Source of the DNA: Pirellula sp. | Lineage (GTDB): Bacteria > Planctomycetota > Planctomycetia > Pirellulales > Pirellulaceae | Assembly: GCA_021736575.1 (NCBI GenBank) | Contig: JAIPFP010000002.1 | Coordinates: 6,433 to 70,432 of the forward strand | DNA: 64,000 bases | Reading direction: 5' to 3' | In this document: positions 57,098 to 64,000 of the stretch, one piece after another | Numbering within the stretch: the stretch's first letter is position 1 | How the letters are laid out: every line of letters starts with the position of its first letter | Position numbers and translations under genes: made by a program | Notes under the pieces: model-generated | The model's input: the letters and a program-made list of their open reading frames with translations, nothing else | Told to the model about the DNA's origin: nothing | The model's database searches: none

Positions 57098-58312
57098 ATG
57101 ACCAAAACAAACGCGTTCAGTTCTGTTCAAGATGCTGTGTCTGCAATTGCCCGCGGAGCGGTCGTGATTGTGCTCGACGACGAAGATCGCGAAAACGAAG
57201 GGGACTTTGTATGCGCGGCCCAGGGGGTAACGACAGAAACAATCAACTTCATGCTGCAGGGGCACGGTCAGTTGTGTGCTTCGGTGCTGCCATCTGTTTG
57301 TGAACGACTTGAGCTGCGTCCCCTTGTCGAGTTGAACACATCGCCACTGACCACCGCATTCATGACCCCTGTCGATCATGCGGGCTGCAAAACAGGCATC
57401 ACGGCCAGTGAACGCGCTGAAACGATTCGACGATTGGCAGCCGATTCCTCGCAAGCTTCGGATTTCGTCAAACCCGGCCACGTGTATCCCCTCGTCGCTA
57501 AAGAGGGGGGCGTTCTACGGCGGGCCGGACATACCGAAGCGGCCGTCGATTTGGCTCGCATGGCAGGGTTGGTTCCGGCGGGAGTGCTTTGCGAAATCCT
57601 CAATCGCGAGGGAGATCGAGCGACCCGCGATGAGCTGATGGAGATGGCCACCAAGTTGGGTCTAGAGATCATCACCGTGGAACAACTGATCGCCCACCGC
57701 CGAGTCAACGAAAAGCTAGTGTCGCGAACGGCCACTGCCAAATTGCCAACGCGTTACGGGACTTTTGATATCATGGCCTACAGCGTTCAGTATGAAACGC
57801 AAGAACCCATCGCATTGGTATTTGGAAATGTGCAAGACGAAAGCGATCCAGCCACGTTAGTTCGCATGCACAGCAGTTGCTTTACCGGCGACTTGCTTGC
57901 ATCGTTGCGATGCGATTGCGGTGACCAATTGCACCAAGCACTCGAAGCCATCACGCGCGAAGGGCGCGGTGTATTGGTCTATCTCCCGCAAGAAGGGCGA
58001 GGCATCGGCCTAGCTCAAAAAATACGCGCCTACGCCTTGCAAGAACAAGGCATGGACACCGTGGAAGCCAATCATGCGTTGGGATTTAAAGCCGACATGC
58101 GCGACTACGGAGTGGGAATCCAGATCTTGAAGGACCTGGGATTGCGCCGCATTCGATTGTTGACCAACAACCCAAAAAAGACGGAAGCCTTCAACCTTCG
58201 CGGCTTCGACTTGACGGTAACGGATCAAGTTCCAATCATCCCAACCGTCAACGAACACAACGCGAATTATCTTGCGACCAAACGGGACAAGATGGGACAC
58301 CGCTTACCGTAG
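57098..58312 (+). CDS. ribBA: Bifunctional 3,4-dihydroxy-2-butanone-4-phosphate synthase / GTP cyclohydrolase II
   Basis: MTKTNAFSSVQDAVSAIARGAVVIVLDDEDRENEGDFV (DHBPS) and RMHSSCFTGDLLASLRCDCGDQL...LPQEGRGIGL (GCH II). The track ORF begins upstream at 56897 and overlaps the EBP gene; ATG at 57098 fits the family N-terminus. Confidence 0.92.
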   Translation: MTKTNAFSSVQDAVSAIARGAVVIVLDDEDRENEGDFVCAAQGVTTETINFMLQGHGQLCASVLPSVCERLELRPLVELNTSPLTTAFMTPVDHAGCKTGITASERAETIRRLAADSSQASDFVKPGHVYPLVAKEGGVLRRAGHTEAAVDLARMAGLVPAGVLCEILNREGDRATRDELMEMATKLGLEIITVEQLIAHRRVNEKLVSRTATAKLPTRYGTFDIMAYSVQYETQEPIALVFGNVQDESDPATLVRMHSSCFTGDLLASLRCDCGDQLHQALEAITREGRGVLVYLPQEGRGIGLAQKIRAYALQEQGMDTVEANHALGFKADMRDYGVGIQILKDLGLRRIRLLTNNPKKTEAFNLRGFDLTVTDQVPIIPTVNEHNANYLATKRDKMGHRLP

Positions 58313-58405
58313 TGGAGATGATAAGTGGGAGAAGGCGATAGCCGCCACTTATCGACCGCAGCGGAGGTATCTTGCTCTGGGGTCCAGGGGTGGTAACCCC
58401 TTGAC

Positions 58406-58484
58406 ACGACAGAAAAATTTAGCGACAGGAAAATCTACAGGTTCCGTTTGTCTTTATCTTCCTGTCGTAAAATCTTCCTGTCAC
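58406..58484. repeat. 79-bp element (left copy) with internal dyad symmetry built from GACAGGAARAT motifs; covers the 3' end of the GxxExxY-type gene
   Basis: acgacagaaaaatttagcgacaggaaaatctacaggttccgtttgtctttatcttcctgtcgtaaaatcttcctgtcac. Two forward and two inverted motif copies. Confidence 0.85.
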
Positions 58485-59268
58485 GTTCAATCGTCGTTAC
58501 GGTGACGTGGTGGTGATAAACATTGACCCATTGCAACCGCTTGAGCGGACTGGCCATGATCAGCTTTTGAAACTCTTGACTGTTTTCTGGAATCAACTTG
58601 GGGTACGTTGTCACGCCCAACGCTGTATCGGGGGAAAGTAGATGGAATCGCTGATGACCAATCGATTGACCTCCTGAAACCATTGGCAACTGTTGCTCGG
58701 ACTCAGCCCGCTCCAACATGCAACCGAGAATGGCTCGACGATACACGGACGCGCTCAAACCTGTCCCCCAATCTTCGACCAACTCTCGAACTAAAGTTGG
58801 CAGAAACCTATCTCCAGAATAGCCCTGCTCATCGAGCTGAAACATTTGCCTTTCGATCCGTTGAAAGGTTGTATTCACGAATCGGGATTCGACAGACTTC
58901 GTTCGAAAGTTAACGAGTTTTCCACGAGTCGAATTGGTCAAGTAAAGATACTCAAGCAATTGCCCTTCGTGCGATTTCATGAGCTCTGAAACCGCCTTAA
59001 GTTCATAGATTACTCGATTGGCAATGACTAGGTCGAGTGAACGACCGATAGAGAACTCGCGAAACGACAGCCTGATCGGGACTTCCATTGAAACTTCATA
59101 ACCGGCGAGCCGTAATCGTCTAACGAGTTCGAGTTGATAGACAGATTCATCGCATAGACGCCCTAGTTCATTGTGGGTGTCAAACGCATGCCGCATTACC
59201 GTAAAGTCTACTGTCCTCATCTCCTCTTCGGATAGTCTCGGAAACTCGAAGGGGCAATGGATCGGCAT
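58435..59268 (-). CDS. GxxExxY-family (PD-(D/E)XK-like) protein, unusually long (277 aa), possibly a tandem double domain
   Basis: N-terminal half: HNELGRLCDESVYQLELVRRLRLAGYEV...DLVIANRVIYELKAV...HEGQLLEYLYLTNSTRGKLVNF matches the family pattern from memory (ExxY, ELKAV, QLxxYL, LxNF). The C-terminal half repeats a weaker version (GTGLSASVYRRAIL...LQWVNV). Confidence 0.65.
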   Translation of the reverse strand: MPIHCPFEFPRLSEEEMRTVDFTVMRHAFDTHNELGRLCDESVYQLELVRRLRLAGYEVSMEVPIRLSFREFSIGRSLDLVIANRVIYELKAVSELMKSHEGQLLEYLYLTNSTRGKLVNFRTKSVESRFVNTTFQRIERQMFQLDEQGYSGDRFLPTLVRELVEDWGTGLSASVYRRAILGCMLERAESEQQLPMVSGGQSIGHQRFHLLSPDTALGVTTYPKLIPENSQEFQKLIMASPLKRLQWVNVYHHHVTVTTIERDRKILRQEDKDKRNL

Positions 59269-59280
59269 AACGGACTCGAT

Positions 59281-59359
59281 ACGACAAGAAAATTAGACGA
59301 CAGGAAAATTTTTAGGTTCAAGGTCCAGATCATCTTCCTGTCACAAAATCTTCCTGTCG
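59281..59359. repeat. 79-bp element (right copy, direct orientation), 13 bp upstream of the GxxExxY-type gene start
   Basis: acgacaagaaaattagacgacaggaaaatttttaggttcaaggtccagatcatcttcctgtcacaaaatcttcctgtcg. The arms match the left copy closely and the central ~12 nt differ. Confidence 0.85.
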
Positions 59360-59370
59360 ATCCCCGAGTT

Positions 59371-60318
59371 TCAGAAACGATAGTTCGGATTTTTCGTATC
59401 GAAGTCGGCATCGGTCAGGCCTACGTTCAGTAATAGGTCTTCGTACGTATACTCCTCCTCCAGTTCAGGTGCTCCATCCTTGGTCTTGGGCCATGTGTAG
59501 CTCGCGTACTTGAGTGGCACCAAGCGTTCTTCATCGATGTAAATCTGAGCCAAGTAAAATTCGAACTCAACTTGCTTCCCTTCGATCTCGACGGTCGGTT
59601 CCTCATGAATCACTTCCAATAACGTGCATTGCAACTTTCCAAGTGTGACGTTTTCTGTACGACGAACCGTAACCGGGCCAAGCAACCGATCGCGTTCTCC
59701 TTTTTCAATCAACTTGCGAAGCAATTTTTCGATCCCGATTTCCGTGATGGGGTAGCGGTTGCCAAGCATGGCCAAACTACTTTGAGGCGACAACTCGACT
59801 GTGACCAATCCCATCAAGCCCGCCTCGTGCGCGGTTAGCTTGTTATTGTTCTTATTTTGAATCCAAATAATCTCCCGTCCTGCTTGTGATTTAGGTTCGA
59901 TGCCTTTCAAGTAAACGGATACAGTGCGTTCTGCTACGGTGCGTTCTGCTACGGTGCGTTCTGCGGTAGGATCCTCAGAACCATACCGAAGCTTCATTTC
60001 CATTTTGGATGCCGGCAGAAGCTTGCCGGCAACGCGTTCGCGTTTAGTCAGGTTCGCAGTAAAGTCCCGATGTTCACTGCAATGATGGGCCAGGGCACGG
60101 CGAGCAAACTCGAGCAACGGATCGATCGCATGCGGATTTGAGTTTGTCGATTCCACTTCTGCTTTGGGGGAAACGAGGTCCTTTGATGTGACCGGTCGCA
60201 ACGTTTCATCGGCCCACCGATTCCAGATCATCCGCCAACCAACCCCGAACACGCCCAGCAAGATACAACCGCACAGGGTCAATCGTGTAAGCCAAACTCG
60301 GTACCCTTGTCGAGCCAC
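59371..60318 (-). CDS. Hypothetical membrane-anchored protein (possibly DUF1571-like) with an AERTV x3 repeat
   Basis: 315 aa with a GTG start. TM LTLCGCILLGVFGVGW. The C-terminal ...YTYEDLLLNVGLTDADFDTKNPNYRF resembles my recollection of the Planctomycete DUF1571 family (unverified). The 15-bp x3 tandem repeat sits at 59921-59965. Confidence 0.6.
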   Translation of the reverse strand: MARQGYRVWLTRLTLCGCILLGVFGVGWRMIWNRWADETLRPVTSKDLVSPKAEVESTNSNPHAIDPLLEFARRALAHHCSEHRDFTANLTKRERVAGKLLPASKMEMKLRYGSEDPTAERTVAERTVAERTVSVYLKGIEPKSQAGREIIWIQNKNNNKLTAHEAGLMGLVTVELSPQSSLAMLGNRYPITEIGIEKLLRKLIEKGERDRLLGPVTVRRTENVTLGKLQCTLLEVIHEEPTVEIEGKQVEFEFYLAQIYIDEERLVPLKYASYTWPKTKDGAPELEEEYTYEDLLLNVGLTDADFDTKNPNYRF

Positions 60319-60806
60319 GGTTGCACCTCTTGTTGTGAAATAGTTCTAGCAAGCTCGAATCCGCGACTTGTGAGTGAAAAATCGCGATGAATGTGGTGCA
60401 TCACGAGCCCATGCGTGCACAAAAGCCGGAATCCTTCCAGAAATCGAACCGTTACTTCCGGATCATTTGCGTCGCGAAAAGCAACGGTTTGGACTTCGTC
60501 GAGCTCAACATACACCGCTAGCATTCGCGACGGAGCCTCGAAAGCTGCGTTCACCGCCTTGATTTCGATGACACCTCGATTGCGTGCGGCAACCAGGATC
60601 GCTTTTGATTCGGGCAGAAGATGATCAATAGACGCTGCCCCTGTGGCGTCCAAATTAACCATAGCGTCGCTACTTAGTTGTGCTAACGCAACCAAAACAG
60701 GGGCGCCCGCTCCGAGCGCGTCCCAACTGCCACTAAGATAGTTGTCCAGAGGCTGCAGTTTTGCAACGCTTCGAATGGGTTTAGAAAAGTCTGGGTCCAT
60801 GGTCAC
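60279..60806 (-). CDS. Hypothetical 175-aa protein
   Basis: ORF with GTG at 60806 / ATG at 60800. Its 3' end overlaps the next gene by 40 nt. No family recognised. Confidence 0.5.
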   Translation of the reverse strand: MTMDPDFSKPIRSVAKLQPLDNYLSGSWDALGAGAPVLVALAQLSSDAMVNLDATGAASIDHLLPESKAILVAARNRGVIEIKAVNAAFEAPSRMLAVYVELDEVQTVAFRDANDPEVTVRFLEGFRLLCTHGLVMHHIHRDFSLTSRGFELARTISQQEVQPWLDKGTEFGLHD

Positions 60807-60950
60807 GCCAAGCGGTTGCTGTGGGAATTACGGATTGTCGCGGGTGTCGAATAGACCCATAATCCTACGTATTCTCGTTTGATAAGACAGAGCGCATTGT
60901 TTTTTGTCGTCACAATCGACCCGATTTGTTCCTTTCCGGAGAGTTTTCAC

Positions 60951-61952
60951 ATGGCCTTGGTTCCGCTTCGCAAAGTACTTGATCACGCGGCAGAAAACGG
61001 CTACGGAGTGGCCGCCTTCAATGTCAATAATATGGAGCAAATCCAGTCGATCATGGAAGCGGCCCAAGAAACCGACTCCCCCGCCATTATTCAAGCATCC
61101 AGAGGCGCTCGCACCTATTCCCAAGATGCGTTTTTGCGACATCTGATGTTGGCCGCTGTCGAACTCTATCCCAAGATCCCAATCGTGATGCACCAAGATC
61201 ACGGTAACTCTCCCAAAACCTGCATATCGGCCATCGAAAACGGCTTCACCTCCGTCATGATGGATGGCTCATTGCAAGAGGATGGCAAAACACCTGCTTC
61301 CTATGAGTACAACGTGGCTGTGACCAAGGAAGTTGTCAAACTTGCGCATGCACGCAATGTCTCGGTGGAGGGCGAGCTTGGCTGCTTGGGCTCGCTTGAA
61401 TCCGGCAGTGGCGAAGCCGAGGATGGACATGGTGCCGAAGGCGTCTTGAGTCACGATCAATTGCTAACCGATCCCGAAGAAGCCGCACGATTCGTCGCCG
61501 AAACCAACGTCGATGCGCTGGCGGTTGCCATCGGAACCAGTCATGGTGCCTATAAATTCACACGGAAGCCGGACGGAGAGGTTTTGGCCATGTCCCGCAT
61601 CGAAGCGATCCATAAACTACTGCCGAACACCCACTTGGTCATGCACGGTAGCAGCAGCGTTCCACAAGAACTTCAAGACATCATCAACAAGTTTGGTGGT
61701 AAGATGAAGCAGACATGGGGCGTTCCGGTCGAAGAGATACAACGCGGGATCAAGAGCGGTGTTCGCAAGATCAATGTCGACACGGATTGCCGAATGGCGA
61801 TCACCGGTGCGATTCGCAAAGTACTAGCCGAACATCCCGACAAATTCGATCCTCGCGATTATTTGAAGCCTGCTCGCGCTGCCATGAAGCAAGTCTGCAT
61901 GGACCGAATGATCTCCTTTGGACAAGCTGGCAACGCCAGCAAGATCAAGTAG
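60951..61952 (+). CDS. fba: Class II fructose-bisphosphate aldolase
   Basis: [30 protein letters not shown]..., [40 protein letters not shown]. The track ORF starts upstream at 60879; ATG at 60951 fits the family N-terminus. Confidence 0.92.
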   Translation: MALVPLRKVLDHAAENGYGVAAFNVNNMEQIQSIMEAAQETDSPAIIQASRGARTYSQDAFLRHLMLAAVELYPKIPIVMHQDHGNSPKTCISAIENGFTSVMMDGSLQEDGKTPASYEYNVAVTKEVVKLAHARNVSVEGELGCLGSLESGSGEAEDGHGAEGVLSHDQLLTDPEEAARFVAETNVDALAVAIGTSHGAYKFTRKPDGEVLAMSRIEAIHKLLPNTHLVMHGSSSVPQELQDIINKFGGKMKQTWGVPVEEIQRGIKSGVRKINVDTDCRMAITGAIRKVLAEHPDKFDPRDYLKPARAAMKQVCMDRMISFGQAGNASKIK

Positions 61953-62028
61953 TTAATAGCGGATCTTGTGTAAGTTCCTGTGCTCGCGTGTCACCCAAGC
62001 TTTTCCAACCCTCTCGGAGCTTCGAACT

Positions 62029-62973
62029 ATGCGTCATCTTTTACTATCGGTCTCATTGATTTTTCTGTCGGGTTTAGCGACTCCGGACCAAACGTCCGCC
62101 CAAGAGTTCCCTGGTGCCGGGAAAGTCTCCAAGGTTCACGGCGGGTTCAAGTTTACCGAGGGCCCAGCCTTTGATGGCAAGCACCTGTACTTCACCGACA
62201 TCCCCAACAACCGAATCCTGCGAACAGACCTCAAGGGAACGCTCGAGACCTTCTTGGAGAATTCGGGAAACTGCAACGGCCTCATGTTCGATGGCAAAAA
62301 CAGCCTCATTGCCTGCAGGATGGGCCGCCTCGAGAATCCGATCGCAGATGCTGAGTTGATTGCGATCGACGCAGCTACAAAACAAGTCAAATCGCTTTCG
62401 TCCAAGTACGACGGCAAGCGTTATAACGCATGCAACGATCTGGTCATCGACAAGTCCGGCGGTATCTACTTTACGGACCCTCGCTACGGAGCACCCGAAC
62501 CTTGGCCGCAAGTCAAAGAGGCTTTTTACTATCGATCCAGCAAAGGCGAAGTGACCAAACTGGGCGACGACATTTCGGCACCCAACGGTATCATTCTGTC
62601 GCCAGATGAATCCACGCTTTATGTTGTCCCATCCATGCAAAAGCAAGTTTATGCCTTCAGTGTTAAGTCTCCAGGAATCTTGACCGACAAACGCGTTCTT
62701 TTCGAAATTAAGCAACCGACCGACAAGGAAAACTCAGGGGGCGACGGCTTATCCGTCGACGTTCAAGGCAACTTATACATCACGACCGACCTGGGTGTCC
62801 AAGTGGTATCGAAGGACGGAAAATTGCTCGGGATTATTGCGTTTCCGGAGCAGCCAGCCAATTGTTCGTTTGGTGGCCCTGACATGAAGACCCTGTTCGC
62901 AACCTGCCGAACCGGACTCTATTCTGTCGAAATGCCGACAGCAGGTCACAAATTTTCGGGGAAAGTTGAGTAA
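62029..62973 (+). CDS. SMP-30/gluconolactonase/LRE-like beta-propeller protein with a signal peptide
   Basis: MRHLLLSVSLIFLSGLATPDQTSAQ, then GPAFDGKHLYFTDIPNNRILR, NDLVIDKSGGIYFTDP, PNGIILSPDESTLYV, DGLSVDVQGNLYIT and NCSFGGPDMKTLFAT. Confidence 0.85.
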   Translation: MRHLLLSVSLIFLSGLATPDQTSAQEFPGAGKVSKVHGGFKFTEGPAFDGKHLYFTDIPNNRILRTDLKGTLETFLENSGNCNGLMFDGKNSLIACRMGRLENPIADAELIAIDAATKQVKSLSSKYDGKRYNACNDLVIDKSGGIYFTDPRYGAPEPWPQVKEAFYYRSSKGEVTKLGDDISAPNGIILSPDESTLYVVPSMQKQVYAFSVKSPGILTDKRVLFEIKQPTDKENSGGDGLSVDVQGNLYITTDLGVQVVSKDGKLLGIIAFPEQPANCSFGGPDMKTLFATCRTGLYSVEMPTAGHKFSGKVE

Positions 62974-63112
62974 TCGGCTAGACGACTCAACATGTTCGTT
63001 CATTGCGTGCACGCACAATGCACATTGACGGGGCTGTTAACCTAGCCGAGAATTTAGCAGTTCAACAGAGATTCGAATCCTTTTTCACCTATCGCATACT
63101 AGTCGTTTTCCT

Positions 63113-64000
63113 ATGAGCATACTCCAGTTGCAGGATCCTGCGGTTTGGGCCGCGATCGAATCGGAAGCACTTCGACAACAAGAAGGGCTTGAGATGATCG
63201 CCAGCGAAAACTACACCAGCCCAGCCGTGATGCAAGCGGTCGGTAGCGTCCTCACCAACAAGTATGCCGAAGGTTATCCGGGAAAGCGATATTACGGTGG
63301 CTGCGAATTTGTCGATGTGGTTGAAGACTTAGCGATCGAGCGTGCTAAGCAATTGTTCGGTGCCGAACACGCCAACGTGCAGCCTCATTCAGGTTCCCAG
63401 GCCAACATGGCAGTCTATCTGTCCGCCTTGCTGCCGGGCGATTCGGTTCTCGGATTGGACCTAGCACAGGGTGGTCACCTCACACACGGAATGCCACTTA
63501 ACATCAGCGGTAAGCTGTACAAATTTCATTCCTATGGAGTCGATCCAGTCCACCATCGGATCGATTTCGATCAAGTTGCTAGGTTAGCCAAAGAGCACAA
63601 GCCTAAATTGATTGTCGCGGGTGCGAGTGCCTACCCCCGAGAGATCTTTCATGATCGTTTTGCAGAGATTGCAAACGATGTGGGAGCAAAGCTCATGGTC
63701 GACATGGCTCATTACGCGGGATTGGTTGCGGCTGGCGTCCATAACTCTCCCATCCCCTACGCTGACTACGTTACAACCACTACCCACAAAACACTGCGCG
63801 GACCTCGCAGCGGTTTGATCATGTGCCGCAGCCAATATGCAAAGGCCATCAACAGCGCGGTGTTTCCAGGAACGCAAGGTGGACCGTTGATGCACGTTGT
63901 CGCTGGCAAGGCTGTCTGCTTTGCCGAAGCTTTGTTGCCAAGCTTTCAAGAGTACGGAAAGCAGATCATCGAAAATTCTCGAGCGCTAGCGGAGTCCCTC
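63113..64000 (+). CDS. glyA: Serine hydroxymethyltransferase (5' part; continues beyond the window)
   Basis: Manual translation from ATG 63113: [68 protein letters not shown]...[17 protein letters not shown]...[12 protein letters not shown]. Not in the track because it is edge-truncated. Confidence 0.93.
   Translation, partial: MSILQLQDPAVWAAIESEALRQQEGLEMIASENYTSPAVMQAVGSVLTNKYAEGYPGKRYYGGCEFVDVVEDLAIERAKQLFGAEHANVQPHSGSQANMAVYLSALLPGDSVLGLDLAQGGHLTHGMPLNISGKLYKFHSYGVDPVHHRIDFDQVARLAKEHKPKLIVAGASAYPREIFHDRFAEIANDVGAKLMVDMAHYAGLVAAGVHNSPIPYADYVTTTTHKTLRGPRSGLIMCRSQYAKAINSAVFPGTQGGPLMHVVAGKAVCFAEALLPSFQEYGKQIIENSRALAESL

Noticed and set aside
58320-58354. Hairpin after ribBA (gataagtgg ... 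ccacttatc) as an intrinsic terminator.
   Set aside because: It has a 9-bp stem with a 17-nt loop and no downstream T-tract, which is weak evidence for termination.

Overview
By gene content this looks like a Planctomycetota (Pirellulales-type) chromosome segment. The cues are DUF1501 + PSCyt/DUF1549/DUF1553 gene pairs, LExRxLxA-type N-termini and cadherin-like/dockerin giant proteins. Bases 1-36553 are almost entirely two tandem, co-directional minus-strand giant genes that are mosaic paralogs. Gene A (18083..36553) is complete at 6156 codons. Gene B starts at 17973 and stays open past base 1 (>=5991 codons). Gene B is missing from the supplied ORF track because it is truncated by the window edge; I found it by manual translation. 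Both genes share an N-terminal export-type motif, a serralysin/M10-like domain with a degenerate zinc motif, PPC domains and parallel beta-helix blocks. They also share many copies of an uncharacterised ~100-aa 'DG-x-x-F...FEF...GN-x-P' module, a GEVED-type domain and a C-terminal array of VNDxP-delimited cadherin-like domains. Gene A alone carries a ~2.5 kb insertion with an I9-like propeptide, a subtilisin S8 domain (intact D/H/S triad) and a PPC domain, and it ends in a type-I dockerin. This two-gene locus is my best candidate for an unusual system. The right-hand 27 kb contains: a LigD_N-like small protein; a J-like membrane protein without HPD; two DUF1501 / DUF1549-DUF1553 pairs flanking an ECF sigma-led gene string (membrane partner, a 564-aa unknown, a Tat-lactonase); a sigma-54 activator with no sensory domain, placed after a large exported protein; ribBA; a GxxExxY-type gene bracketed by 79-bp repeats built from a GACAGGAARAT motif; class II fba; an SMP-30 lactonase; and the 5' part of glyA. 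By eye I saw no rRNA, tRNA, CRISPR array, transposase or integrase. All domain calls come from motif recognition only; no database search was run.
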